NCBI RefSeq assembly: GCF_032066555.1
Contig: NZ_DAMBKV010000003.1
Location: 214,300 to 278,299 of the forward strand
Reading direction: 5' to 3'
Source: Stenotrophomonas sp.
GTDB taxonomy: Bacteria; Pseudomonadota; Gammaproteobacteria; Xanthomonadales; Xanthomonadaceae
Length of the DNA stretch: 64,000 nt
A program made the position numbers and the translations under genes. Shown piece after piece: positions 1-8,951 of this stretch. Each line of letters starts with the position of its first letter. Position 1 is the stretch's first letter. Under the pieces are notes generated by a model, which was not told the origin of the DNA, ran no database searches, and worked only from the letters and a program-made list of their open reading frames with translations.

Positions 1-410
1 GGGTACATGAACAGGCCGGCGCTGACGCCTGCGTCGTCGTCCAGCTGCTCCTCGCGGTTCTTGTCCACCGCCGCCTTGTAGGCATGGGCGCGGTTGAGGA
101 TGCCCTTGCTGGCGACCACGGTGAGGAACCACATCAGCTCGGTGGTTTCCGGGATGTCGCTCTGCCGGTAGAACCACACCTTGTCCGGGTCCAGGCCGCA
201 GGCCAGCCAGCTGGCCGCGATCTCCAGGGTCGAACGCTGGGTGCGCTCGGGCTCCTGCGCCTTGATCAGGCTGTGCAGGTCGGCCAGGAAGAAGAAGCTC
301 TCGATATCCGAGGCCTGGCTGGCGGCAATGGCCGGGCGGATCGCGCCGACGTAGTTGCCGAGATGGGGAGTGCCGGAGGGGGTGATGCCGGTGAGGACGC
401 GGGTAGTCAT
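1..410 (-). CDS. trpS: tryptophan--tRNA ligase, N-terminal part (gene runs off the left edge of the window)
   Basis: Absent from the ORF track because it is truncated. Manual minus-strand translation from ATG (410-408) gives [28 protein letters not shown]...[15 protein letters not shown]...[16 protein letters not shown]. This shows the class-I HIGH-type signature ([10 protein letters not shown]) and the typical TrpRS N-terminus. Confidence 0.85.
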   Translation of the reverse strand, partial: MTTRVLTGITPSGTPHLGNYVGAIRPAIAASQASDIESFFFLADLHSLIKAQEPERTQRSTLEIAASWLACGLDPDKVWFYRQSDIPETTELMWFLTVVASKGILNRAHAYKAAVDKNREEQLDDDAGVSAGLFMY

Positions 411-531
411 GTAAACCAAGCTGACGAGCGGATGAACCGGGCCAGTGTAACCGCCCCAGCCTGTCCCCGCCCTCAACCCCATTGCCCGCACCCGGCCGTT
501 TGAGGTCATGTACCCCGCCAAGGAGCCTGCC

Positions 532-1359
532 ATGTACCGTTTTCTAGCCAGTGTGTTGTCGGTTGTCGCGCTATGCGGGTTCAGCCCGGTACGGCCAGCA
601 GATGATGGCCCGGTGCTGCTGTCGGTGATCGACCGTGACGACGGACGGGAGCTGGACCTGTACCCGCACCGCGGCCAGCAATGGGTGGCCGGCAGCCCGG
701 GTCACCGCTACAGCGTGCGCATGCAGAACCGCAGCGGCGAGCGCGTGCTGGTGGTGCTGTCGGTGGATGGGGTGAATGCCATCACCGGCCAGACCGCCTC
801 ACCCAGCCAGTCCGGCTATGTGCTGGAGCCCTGGCAGAGCAGCGAGATCACCGGCTGGCGCAAGTCCAATGCCGAGGTCGCGCAGTTCGTGTTCACCGCC
901 TCCAGCGACAGCTATGCCAGCCGCACCGGCCGCCCGGCCAATGTCGGGGTGATCGGCATCGCCGTGTTCAACGAGGCGCGCCGGCCGGTGTATGACGTGC
1001 GCCCACTGCCAGCGCCAAGGCCCATGCCGCGACCGATGCCGCAGTACGAGGACCGCGCCGAGGCAAGTGCCAATGCCAGCGGACGCGCCGCCGAAGCCGC
1101 TGCGCCCAGCGCGATGGCCAAGAGCGAATCGCGGCAGCGCCTGGGTACCGGCCACGGTGAGCGTGAGTGGTCAAGTTCGTCATTGACCAGCTTCGAGCGT
1201 GCCAGCCGCAATCCGATACAGGTCAGCGAGGTGCGTTATGACTCGCGGCAGCGGCTGGTGGCGATGGGCATCCTGCCGCGCGGTTATCGTCACGTGGACA
1301 ACTCGCCACAGGCGTTCCCCAGTGGTTTCGTGCCGGATCCGCCGGCGCGTGGCCGCTGA
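532..1359 (+). CDS. secreted hypothetical protein (signal peptide, Pro-rich linker)
   Basis: ORF 508..1359. The second ATG at 532 follows AAGGAG and gives [23 protein letters not shown], which is signal-peptide-like. Codon usage is coherent. I do not recognise the family. Confidence 0.6.
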   Translation: MYRFLASVLSVVALCGFSPVRPADDGPVLLSVIDRDDGRELDLYPHRGQQWVAGSPGHRYSVRMQNRSGERVLVVLSVDGVNAITGQTASPSQSGYVLEPWQSSEITGWRKSNAEVAQFVFTASSDSYASRTGRPANVGVIGIAVFNEARRPVYDVRPLPAPRPMPRPMPQYEDRAEASANASGRAAEAAAPSAMAKSESRQRLGTGHGEREWSSSSLTSFERASRNPIQVSEVRYDSRQRLVAMGILPRGYRHVDNSPQAFPSGFVPDPPARGR

Positions 1360-1384
1360 GCGAGAAACCAGACAGCCATTGATT

Positions 1385-1483
1385 TGTGGGAGCGGCGTAA
1401 GCCGCGAAGCTGACGCTGCTCAAGCTCTCAACAACCATGTCATCTGATGATGCCCTTGCTTCGCGGCTTACGCCGCTCCCACA
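1385..1483. repeat. REP-like inverted repeat pair (25-nt arms, 49-nt spacer)
   Basis: TGTGGGAGCGGCGTAAGCCGCGAAG (1385-1409) is the exact reverse complement of CTTCGCGGCTTACGCCGCTCCCACA (1459-1483). It is intergenic. Confidence 0.7.
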
Positions 1484-1488
1484 AAGGC

Positions 1489-1526
1489 AAAAAAAGAAAC
1501 CGATGCCAGAGGCATCGGTTTCTTGT
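1489..1526 (-). terminator. rho-independent terminator of csbD (possibly bidirectional)
   Basis: 12-bp perfect stem GAAACCGATGCC/GGCATCGGTTTC (1496-1507/1511-1522) with a 3-nt loop. A7 precedes it on the plus strand, which reads as a U-run on the minus strand just downstream of the csbD stop. Confidence 0.75.
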
Positions 1527-1558
1527 TGAGGCAAGTAGCTTCTCTCAATCACCCCACA

Positions 1559-1780
1559 TCAGTGGTAATCCGGGTATTCCTTGTGCAGCGCCTTCTGGAA
1601 GTCGCGCACTTCGGTTTCGGCGCGGTCCTTGGCCCAGCCGTAGCGTTCCTGCAGGCGACCTGCGAGGTATTCGGCGTTGCCTTCGGCCACCTTCATGTCG
1701 TCGTCGGTGATGTCGCCCCACTTGGCCTGCACCTTGCCCTTGAGCTGGGTCCACTTGCCGGAAATGATGTCTTTATTCAT
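1559..1780 (-). CDS. CsbD-family general stress protein
   Basis: 73 aa: [52 protein letters not shown]. This is the canonical CsbD pattern (GKWxQxKGKxKxxWGxLTDDD). Confidence 0.85.
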   Translation of the reverse strand: MNKDIISGKWTQLKGKVQAKWGDITDDDMKVAEGNAEYLAGRLQERYGWAKDRAETEVRDFQKALHKEYPDYH

Positions 1781-1919
1781 TACGCTGCTCCTTTCGGGGG
1801 ATACGCGGTTGATTCGCGTGGGACCACTTTCGTCGACCCCCCGTTGGCGTCAGGTCCAAGTTTCGTTGTGCGTTGCTGACCTTGGTGAACGTCGCTTCAG
1901 CTAACGGATTACGAGCATG

Positions 1920-1941
1920 AAAAAGGCCGGCATTGCCGGCC
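1920..1941 (-). terminator. rho-independent terminator downstream of the entericidin-like gene pair
   Basis: GGCCGGC-ATT-GCCGGCC hairpin (1925-1941) preceded by A5 on the plus strand, giving a U-run on the minus strand. It lies 30 nt after the stop at 1972. Confidence 0.7.
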
Positions 1942-1971
1942 TCCTTCATTCATCTGCAGGACCCTGCCGGA

Positions 1972-2109
1972 TCAATGACCCTTGGCAGCATCCTCGACCT
2001 TTTCACCGGCCTTCTGGACGTCCTTGCCTGCGCCGGCAACGGTATTGCAACCAGCCAGCACTGCGACCGAGAACAGCGACAACATCATCAGGGCAACCAA
2101 ACGCTTCAT
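1972..2109 (-). CDS. entericidin A/B-family small lipoprotein (45 aa)
   Basis: Below the ORF-track size cutoff. Manual translation gives MKRLVALMMLSLFSVAVLAGCNTVAGAGKDVQKAGEKVEDAAKGH. It has a lipobox (LAGC) followed by the NTxxGxGxDxxxxG(E)K entericidin motif, and GGAGA precedes the ATG. Confidence 0.75.
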   Translation of the reverse strand: MKRLVALMMLSLFSVAVLAGCNTVAGAGKDVQKAGEKVEDAAKGH

Positions 2110-2163
2110 GTGTTTCTCCTGTGGTGGTTCCATCGGTGCGGTCCACAGCGGACCGCGTGTTCA

Positions 2164-2319
2164 TCAGCACTTGCCGTCTTTGCAATCCTGCGCCTTGTCT
2201 TCGACCTTCTCACCGGCCTTCTGCATGTCCTTGCCAGCGCCCGCCACGGTATTGCAGCCGCTGAGCATGCCAACCGAGAACGCGCCCACCAGGGCCAACA
2301 TCAACAGTCGCTTCGTCAT
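2164..2319 (-). CDS. entericidin A/B-family small lipoprotein (51 aa, Cys-containing tail)
   Basis: Manual translation gives MTKRLLMLALVGAFSVGMLSGCNTVAGAGKDMQKAGEKVEDKAQDCKDGKC. It has a lipobox and the same motif as the downstream paralogue, and GAGGAGGAG lies upstream of the ATG. Confidence 0.75.
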   Translation of the reverse strand: MTKRLLMLALVGAFSVGMLSGCNTVAGAGKDMQKAGEKVEDKAQDCKDGKC

Positions 2320-2460
2320 TCGTCTCCTCCTCCCTTTCAAGGCCGATGCCGTGGCCGGTAACCGGCGGCAGGCACTTCGTGTGTGAAGACGAATCTGGCG
2401 GCTGGGCCGTGTGCTCCGCGTGAAGCCGCGCAGAACACGTTCAGTGATGTCGCCCGATTG

Positions 2461-3381
2461 TTAATCCCGCATCAGGGTGGATTTGCCGAACAGGCTCTCC
2501 ACCAGGTCCACGGCCAGCTCGGCGGTGCGGTTCTGGTGATCCAGCAGCGGGTTCAGTTCGACGATGTCCAGCGAGCCCATCAAGCCGGTATCGGCAATCA
2601 TCTCCATCACCAGCTGCGCCTCGCGGTAATTGACCCCGCCCGGCACCGTGGTGCCCACGCCCGGCGCGATACTGGGATCGAGGAAATCCACGTCGAAACT
2701 GACGTGCAGGTGGGTATTGGCGTCGATGCCATGCAGCGCCGCTTCCACCGTACGCTTCATGCCGGCTTCGTCGATATGGCGCATGTCGTAGACATCCACC
2801 CGGTGCTGCTTGATCAGGCGCTTTTCTTCCGGATCGACCGAGCGGATGCCGATCTGGTGCACCTGCCACGGCGCGATCGCCGGGGCGCTGCCACCGAGAT
2901 GGGTCAGCCCTTCCGGGCCCAGGCCACACAGGCAGGCCACCGGCATGCCATGGATGTTGCCGGACGGGGTGACATCGGAAGTGTTGAAGTCCGAATGGGC
3001 GTCCAGCCACAGCACGCGCAGCTGCTTGCCCTGCTCACGGCACCAGCGCGCGACCGCGGTGATCGAGCCCACCCCCAGGCAGTGGTCGCCACCGAGCATG
3101 ATCGGCAGGCGGCCATCCTGCAGTTCGGCATAGGTCGCTTCCATCAAGGCGTGGTTCCAGGCCACCACCTCGTCCAGATGGCGATAACCTTGCACCGGAC
3201 CGGTCCACGGATTGCGCGGGCCATCCAGGTTGCCGACATCACGCACCTCCACGCCGCGTTCGGCCAGGGCCTCGGGCAGGCCGGCAATGCGCAGCGCCTC
3301 CGGCCCAAGACGCGCACCGCGCGCACCCGCGCCCACATCGGTAGGCACGCCAATCAGCGACACCGGACGAAAACCAGCCAT
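2461..3381 (-). CDS. rocF: arginase
   Basis: 306 aa with ureohydrolase Mn-binding motifs: GGDHCLGVGS, WLDAHSDFNTSDVTPSGNIHGMPV and SFDVDFLDPS. The DAHxDxNT...SGNxHGxP pattern is arginase-like. GGAGG precedes the ATG. Confidence 0.85.
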   Translation of the reverse strand: MAGFRPVSLIGVPTDVGAGARGARLGPEALRIAGLPEALAERGVEVRDVGNLDGPRNPWTGPVQGYRHLDEVVAWNHALMEATYAELQDGRLPIMLGGDHCLGVGSITAVARWCREQGKQLRVLWLDAHSDFNTSDVTPSGNIHGMPVACLCGLGPEGLTHLGGSAPAIAPWQVHQIGIRSVDPEEKRLIKQHRVDVYDMRHIDEAGMKRTVEAALHGIDANTHLHVSFDVDFLDPSIAPGVGTTVPGGVNYREAQLVMEMIADTGLMGSLDIVELNPLLDHQNRTAELAVDLVESLFGKSTLMRD

Positions 3382-3563
3382 ACCACCTCCGTTGCAAATG
3401 AAAGCAGTTTAGCGAGCGGCACCTGAAAGACCTTGCGGCAGCGCGGCAAACCCTTGTGCTGCCTGCGTTCCGGCCCTTCCCCGCGGATCAGGGCCAGCGT
3501 AGCTGGGCGACATTGCAGCCGTGCACACGCCCGCGTTCAGTGCCTACCGTTCCCGCACGCAGC

Positions 3564-5207
3564 TCACGACACCGGCGGCTTGGGATCCCAATTGTCCGGC
3601 GTCACGATCTTGGGCAGCTCGGGGTCGGCGATGTAGTTGGGCGACATGATCTGTACCCCGGCCGCATTGAAGGCATCCTGGATGTTGGCGTGCAGCGCGC
3701 TGAGTATGTCCGCGCGCAGCGGCAGTTCAACGATGTGTACGCGCAGCACATAGGCTACGTAGAAGTCGTTGAGCGCGGTCTGCAACACGTAGGCAGGCGG
3801 TGCGTGCTGCACATGCCCGGTCCTGCCAGCCGCGTCCAGCAGCAGCCGATGCACCTGCCGCCACGGCGTGTCATAGCCGATGGTCACGCCGGTTTCCAGC
3901 CACATGCCGGCCGCCTGCGGGTCGCGCGAATAGTTCAGCAGCTTGCCGCTGAGCACATGCATGTTGGGCAGGCTGACCTCCACCCCGGTAAGGGTGCGGA
4001 TGCGGGTGGTGAACAAACCGATCTGTATCACCTGCCCTTCCACATCCGCCACCTTGACCAGGTCGCCGACCGACATCGTCCTTGAATACAGCAGGGTGAA
4101 GCCCGCCGCTGCCTGGCCGACGATGCTCGATCCGCCCAGCGAAATCATCACGCCGAGCAGCACCGTCAGGCCCTTGAACGCATCACTGCCCGAGCCGGGC
4201 AGATAGGGATAGGCCATCACCAGCGCAAACAGCCAGATGCCCGCGACGATCAGCTTGCGGCTGGGTTCGGCCAGTTGGCGGTCGATGCCGAACAACTGGA
4301 AACGCCCATGCTGCACGCCGCGGAACAGGATGCCGATGATCTGGCTGGCCAAGCGTGCCAGCAGGAAAATGATCAGCGCCGTCACCAGCCCCGGGATCGC
4401 CGCCACACCCGCCCACAACCAGGCTTTGGCCTGGGCAGCGAGCCATAACGTCATCGTCGTTGCCCACGGCTGGGTGTAGTCGAACTGATGGAATACATAG
4501 CGCAGCCATTCCTCGGCCAGCACCAGCAGCGCCACCAGCAGCAACGCGCGCGACAACCAGTCGGCCAGCGCATTGGCCCCATGCAGCATCTGCCGTACCG
4601 GCACGCTACGCAGCGTCCCCGCCTTTTTACCCACCCAGGCCAGCATCGCCGCCCGCAGCTGACGTGCCAGCCAGGCCATCACCCAGGCCAGTGCGGCGGC
4701 CAGTGCCGTGGCGACAAGGCTGTGCAGCACACCGCGAAGCACCCGTCCCGGCGCACGCTCGCGCTCGGCGGCGGCGACCGCCTCGCCCAGCCGGCTGCGC
4801 ACCTCCTCGCGTACCTGGGCCAGACTCTGGCCTTGCGCGGTATCCACATCGGCAGGCGTGATGAGGGTGACGACTTCCCCGCCGAGCAGCAGGATCGCAC
4901 CGGCGGCTGTGTCGTTGAAGGTGACGCCGGGCGTACCCGGCTCCTCGACGATGCGTTTGATGTTGAATTCGGCAACCTGCGCCCGCTGCAAGGGCGAGCG
5001 GCCCATGAACGCGCTGCGGAAAGTCAGGATGTCGCGGTTGTAATAGCGCACCGTCGCCGGGGCCTGCGCCTGGGCGGTGCCTTCTTCGGTTGCAGCCAGC
5101 AGCGGCGCAGGTGCAAGCAGCAGCGAGGAACACAGCACAAGCAGCAGCCATGCCATCAAGGTGAACCCGCGTGCCAGTAGTGCTGTTTCGAGGCTGCTCC
5201 GGAACAT
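3564..5207 (-). CDS. MscS-family mechanosensitive ion channel
   Basis: ORF 3564..5270, with the start moved to MFRSSLE (5207). It has an N-terminal signal/TM, several TM helices, and an MscS core-like segment GDLVKVADVEGQVIQIGLFTTRIRTLTGVEVSLPN. Confidence 0.8.
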   Translation of the reverse strand: MFRSSLETALLARGFTLMAWLLLVLCSSLLLAPAPLLAATEEGTAQAQAPATVRYYNRDILTFRSAFMGRSPLQRAQVAEFNIKRIVEEPGTPGVTFNDTAAGAILLLGGEVVTLITPADVDTAQGQSLAQVREEVRSRLGEAVAAAERERAPGRVLRGVLHSLVATALAAALAWVMAWLARQLRAAMLAWVGKKAGTLRSVPVRQMLHGANALADWLSRALLLVALLVLAEEWLRYVFHQFDYTQPWATTMTLWLAAQAKAWLWAGVAAIPGLVTALIIFLLARLASQIIGILFRGVQHGRFQLFGIDRQLAEPSRKLIVAGIWLFALVMAYPYLPGSGSDAFKGLTVLLGVMISLGGSSIVGQAAAGFTLLYSRTMSVGDLVKVADVEGQVIQIGLFTTRIRTLTGVEVSLPNMHVLSGKLLNYSRDPQAAGMWLETGVTIGYDTPWRQVHRLLLDAAGRTGHVQHAPPAYVLQTALNDFYVAYVLRVHIVELPLRADILSALHANIQDAFNAAGVQIMSPNYIADPELPKIVTPDNWDPKPPVS

Positions 5208-5399
5208 CTTTCTGCTTCCCCGCAAGAAGAGATGACTTGCCGCTGGCGTGTTGCGTCGACCCGCTGCCAATCAGCCCCCACAGGCCGCAGGGTACGCCAG
5301 CTACGCCCGTGCTACATCATCGCACCGCGGCAGGCGGATTGCCTGCCATCACGATCTAGCCACTATCGTCCAGGGTGCACCACACTCGCCCGCAGCAAC

Positions 5400-5493
5400 G
5401 TAGCCCGGGTAAGCGCAGCGCACCCGGGAAGAACGGTCCAGGCATCCGTATCCGCACCAACCGCCCCGGGTGCGCTGCGCTTACCCGGGCTAC
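5400..5493. repeat. GTAG-type REP palindrome pair (29-nt arms)
   Basis: GTAGCCCGGGTAAGCGCAGCGCACCCGGG (5400-5428) is the reverse complement of CCCGGGTGCGCTGCGCTTACCCGGGCTAC (5465-5493). Each arm is itself internally palindromic. It is intergenic. Confidence 0.7.
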
Positions 5494-5548
5494 GGCCAGC
5501 CATTGATCTGGCGATGCTTGCCGCGGCTTTCTGCTGATGTTGCTGGCC

Positions 5549-5562
5549 TTGATATTGGTCAG
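5549..5562 (+). promoter_or_regulatory. candidate FNR/Dnr/NnrR-type box upstream of nnrS
   Basis: TTGAT-ATTG-GTCAG matches the TTGAT-N4-ATCAA consensus at 8/10 positions. It lies about 60 nt upstream of the preferred GTG start at 5618. Confidence 0.35.
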
Positions 5563-5617
5563 TACCGGCGGCGACGGATGGGCGGATACTCGCTGCGTGG
5601 ACACTTCCAGGACCCGC

Positions 5618-6805
5618 GTGCAGCTGTTCAATGCGCCACACCGGCTGCTGTTCTTCATTGGTGTCTGCAATCTCGGCCTGGCGATGGCTTGGTGGGCGCT
5701 CTGGCTGGCCGGCTTGCAGCTGGGCAGCCCCCTGCCCGTACCCGCCGTGCCGCCTGCCTGGCTGCATGGGCTGTGGATGCAGTACCTGGTGCTGCCCAGT
5801 TTCATCTTCGGCTTCCTGTTGACCGTGTTCCCGCGCTGGATGGGATTGCCTGCACTGCCGCGGTGGCAATACGCAGGCGTTGGTAGCGGACTGTTCGGCG
5901 CGCAGATCGCGCTGCTGACCGCCAGCAGCGGTTGGCAACCCGGGATGTGGTTGGCCCTGTTGCTGGCGGCGCTGGGATGGGCATTCGGGCTGGTCGTACT
6001 CGGCCGCCTGCTGTTGCAGGAGAAAGGCCGCACCTGGCATGCGTGGTCATGCTGGTCCGGCTTGCTGATGGGCTGGATCGGCCTGCTCGGTTTCGCCGCC
6101 GCTGCCACAGGCGCTGATATCCGCTGGCAGGCACTGAGCGTGTCGCTTGGCACCTTCGGGCTGTTGCTGCCGATCTACGCAAGCGTCGCCCACCGCATGT
6201 TTCCGTTCTTCGCCGGCAACGTGGTGCCGGGCTACCAGGCATGGCGGCCACCACAATGGTTGGCGATCCTGTGGGGACTGTGCCTGCTGCATCTGGCCGG
6301 GGAACAGCTGCAGCAGCCACTGGCGACGCTGCTGGCCGATGCGGGCCTGCTGCTGTTGTCGCTGTACTCGCTGTGGCGTTGGTGGCCGCGCGGACCCAAG
6401 CCGCCGCTGTTGAGCGTGCTTTTTTACGGACTGGCGTGGTGGCCACTGGCGATGCTGCTGTATCTGCTGCAGGACATAGCCGCGCTTGCCGGCCATACCG
6501 GCTGGCTGGAACGCGCACCGCTGCACGCCTTGGCGATCGGCTTGTTCGGCAGCCTGCTGGTGGCGATGGTCACCCGCGTTACCCAAGGCCATTCCGGGCG
6601 TGCACTGGTGATGCCGGTGGTCGCATGGGTCGCCCTGCTCGGCCTGCAACTGGTTGCAGTGCTGCGCATCCTGGCGGCGCTACTGGATGATCCCTGGCAT
6701 TGGCATGCCGTCGCCGCCGCAGGCTGGCTGCTGGCGCTTGCGCCGTGGTTGCTGCGGTTGGGATGGATCTACTGGCGCCCGCGTGCGGATGGCAAAGCGG
6801 ACTAA
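5618..6805 (+). CDS. nnrS: NnrS-family membrane protein (NO-response haem/copper protein)
   Basis: ORF 5537..6805 encodes a polytopic membrane protein. LFNAPHRLLFFIG near the N-terminus and HALAIGLFGSLLVAMVTRVTQGHSGR are typical NnrS motifs. The start is uncertain: ATG 5537, or GTG 5618 preceded by AGGA, which gives about 395 aa. Confidence 0.75.
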   Translation: MQLFNAPHRLLFFIGVCNLGLAMAWWALWLAGLQLGSPLPVPAVPPAWLHGLWMQYLVLPSFIFGFLLTVFPRWMGLPALPRWQYAGVGSGLFGAQIALLTASSGWQPGMWLALLLAALGWAFGLVVLGRLLLQEKGRTWHAWSCWSGLLMGWIGLLGFAAAATGADIRWQALSVSLGTFGLLLPIYASVAHRMFPFFAGNVVPGYQAWRPPQWLAILWGLCLLHLAGEQLQQPLATLLADAGLLLLSLYSLWRWWPRGPKPPLLSVLFYGLAWWPLAMLLYLLQDIAALAGHTGWLERAPLHALAIGLFGSLLVAMVTRVTQGHSGRALVMPVVAWVALLGLQLVAVLRILAALLDDPWHWHAVAAAGWLLALAPWLLRLGWIYWRPRADGKAD

Positions 6806-6848
6806 GCAACTGCATCCAACAAGCCGCACAGATCGCGCGGCACCGCGC

Positions 6849-7514
6849 TCAGACCTGCACGCGGCCATCAGCCAGATGCACCACCTGCTGGCCGAACATG
6901 TCCACGTCCTCCGGATCATGGCTGATCAGCAGCAGCGGGATGCCGGTCTGGTCCAGCACCGTTTCAAGCTCCTGGCGCAGATGCGCACGCAGGGCGTGGT
7001 CGAGTGCGGCGAACGGCTCATCCAGCAGCAGTGCCTGCGGCTTGGTCACCAGCGCCCGCGCCAAGGCGGTGCGCTGACGTTGGCCGCCGGAGATCTGCGA
7101 CGGCAGCAGGTCACCGAGGTGATCGATGCGGAACGCCTGCAGCCATTGTTCCACTGCATCAACGCGGCGGGCGCGCGACGGATTCAACAGACCCTGCTGC
7201 AGGCCGAAGCCGACGTTCTGCCGCACCGTAAGGTGCGGGAACAAGGCGTAGTCCTGGAACACATAGCCGATGCGGCGCCGTTGTGGTGACAGATTGATGC
7301 CGGCAGCCGCATCGAACAGCGCTTGCCCGTGCATGCGGATCACGCCGGCGTCCGGCCGCAGCAATCCGGCCACTGCCTTCAAGGTCAAGCTTTTGCCCGC
7401 ACCAGACGGGCCGAACAACACAACGTTGGGCTGTGTGCAACGCAAGGCCGCCTGCAGCTGGAACTGCTGTCCAGCCGCACTCAGTTGGCGCTGAACATCG
7501 AGCTCAAGCCACAT
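6849..7514 (-). CDS. modC: molybdate ABC transporter ATP-binding protein (short form, no C-terminal TOBE/Mop domain)
   Basis: The internal start MWLELDV (7514) overlaps the modB stop by 11 nt. It has Walker A GPSGAGKS, signature LSGGQRQR and Walker B LLLDEP, and follows modA-modB. Confidence 0.85.
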   Translation of the reverse strand: MWLELDVQRQLSAAGQQFQLQAALRCTQPNVVLFGPSGAGKSLTLKAVAGLLRPDAGVIRMHGQALFDAAAGINLSPQRRRIGYVFQDYALFPHLTVRQNVGFGLQQGLLNPSRARRVDAVEQWLQAFRIDHLGDLLPSQISGGQRQRTALARALVTKPQALLLDEPFAALDHALRAHLRQELETVLDQTGIPLLLISHDPEDVDMFGQQVVHLADGRVQV

Positions 7515-8193
7515 TGCGCGCCCCTTCCTGCCGCCGCCCGACCAATCGCGCGGCAAGCAGCAGCACGCTGATGCAGACCAGCGAGGACAGCAGCACCAAG
7601 GCGTTGGCGCGACCGTCATTGCCGGCCTGCACCGCCTCGTAGATGGCGATGGACAAGGTCTGGGTGCGGCCGGGAATGCTGCCGGCGACCATGATGGTGG
7701 CGCCGAACTCACCCATCGCACGGGCGAACGCCAGCAGCAGGCCGGCAAGAATGCCGCGCCATGCCAGCGGCAAGGTCACCCGGAAGAACAGCGCCAGCTC
7801 GGACACGCCCAAGGTACGCGCGGCCTGCTCCAGCTGCCCATCCACATCCTCGAAGGCCGCACGCGCCGGCTTGAACACCAACGGAAACGACGCGACTGCG
7901 GCAGCAATCACCGCCGCCTGCCAGGTAAACACCAAATTGATGCCGAAGCTGTTTTCCAGCCATGCACCAAGCGGGCCCTTGCTACCGATCAGCACCAGCA
8001 GGTAATAGCCCAGCACCGTCGGCGGCAACACCATCGGCAGGGTGAATACCGTGTCCAGCAACTCACGGCCGGGAAAGCGCCGCCGCGCCAGCAAGGCACC
8101 AAATCCAACACCGAGCACGAGGTTGATCGCGGTCGCCCAGCCGGCCACCTTCAGCGACAACCACAGCGCGCTCCAGTCCAGATCCACCATCAA
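7504..8193 (-). CDS. modB: molybdate ABC transporter permease
   Basis: 229 aa: DWSALWLSLKVAGWATAINLVLG...FPGRELLDTVFTLPMVLPPTVLGYYLL plus an EAA-loop-like segment. There is a 4-nt overlap with modA. Confidence 0.9.
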   Translation of the reverse strand: MMVDLDWSALWLSLKVAGWATAINLVLGVGFGALLARRRFPGRELLDTVFTLPMVLPPTVLGYYLLVLIGSKGPLGAWLENSFGINLVFTWQAAVIAAAVASFPLVFKPARAAFEDVDGQLEQAARTLGVSELALFFRVTLPLAWRGILAGLLLAFARAMGEFGATIMVAGSIPGRTQTLSIAIYEAVQAGNDGRANALVLLSSLVCISVLLLAARLVGRRQEGARNVA

Positions 8194-8930
8194 GGGCTGC
8201 CGAAGCCGTGCCTGTGCAGGATGGCCTGGCCCTGCGCCGAGCGCACGAAGGCGATGAAGCGCTTGGCTTCGGCGGCGTTGCGGCTGGTCTTCACCATTGC
8301 CAGCGGATAGCTGATGCCGCCTGCAACCGGCACCTGGAAGGCGCGCTGCACGCGCTCGCTCATCGCCTGCGCGTCGGTGGCGTAGACGAAGCCGGCATCC
8401 ACTTCACCACGCGCCACATAGTCCAGTGACTGACGCACGTTCTGGGTGCTGATCATCTTGGCCTGCACTGCCGGCCACACACCGGCCTGCTGCAGCGCGC
8501 CGCGTGCGTAGCGGCCGACCGGCACGCTGTCGGGGTTGCCGATGGCAACGCGCTTCACATCGGCCCTGGCCAGTGCCGCCAACGTGGTCGGCTTGTTGCT
8601 GGCCTGCGGCGGCACTACCACCCACAGGCTGTTCTGCGCGAACACGTGCTCGGTCGTTGGATCAATCAGGCCTTCGGTGTTGGCCTGCGCCATCGTGGCC
8701 TGGTCGGCCGAGGCCAGCACATCGACCGGCGCGCCGCGTGCGATCTGCTGCAGCAAGGTGCCAGAGGCGGCAAAATTCAGGTCGACCTTCGTGCCCGGAT
8801 TGGCCTTCTCGTACGCGCTGGATATCTCGCGGAAACTCTCGGTCAGGCTGGAAGCCGCCGAGACCGTCAGGTCAGCCGCGCCTGCCGGCAGTGTGGCGGC
8901 CAGCAACAACAACGCCCACAGCTTGTTCAT
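8190..8930 (-). CDS. modA: molybdate ABC transporter periplasmic binding protein
   Basis: 246 aa with a signal peptide, then LTVSAASSLTESFREISSAYEK...NFAASGTLLQQIARGAPVDVLASAD, the typical ModA pattern. Confidence 0.9.
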   Translation of the reverse strand: MNKLWALLLLAATLPAGAADLTVSAASSLTESFREISSAYEKANPGTKVDLNFAASGTLLQQIARGAPVDVLASADQATMAQANTEGLIDPTTEHVFAQNSLWVVVPPQASNKPTTLAALARADVKRVAIGNPDSVPVGRYARGALQQAGVWPAVQAKMISTQNVRQSLDYVARGEVDAGFVYATDAQAMSERVQRAFQVPVAGGISYPLAMVKTSRNAAEAKRFIAFVRSAQGQAILHRHGFGSP

Positions 8931-8951
8931 GCATGCATCCTCGGTTGGGCG

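Noticed and set aside
84-503. 139-aa plus-strand ORF at the left edge
   Set aside because: It lies antisense to the clearly recognisable TrpRS N-terminus (1..410, minus strand).
2383-3426. 347-aa plus-strand ORF overlapping the arginase gene, and 8646..9722 overlapping modA/fnr, 9634..10944 overlapping the hemN-like gene, 60126..61433 overlapping dusA/patatin
   Set aside because: These are shadow ORFs of confidently identified genes on the other strand. Their composition is His/Gln/Arg/Ala-rich and no conserved motifs are present.
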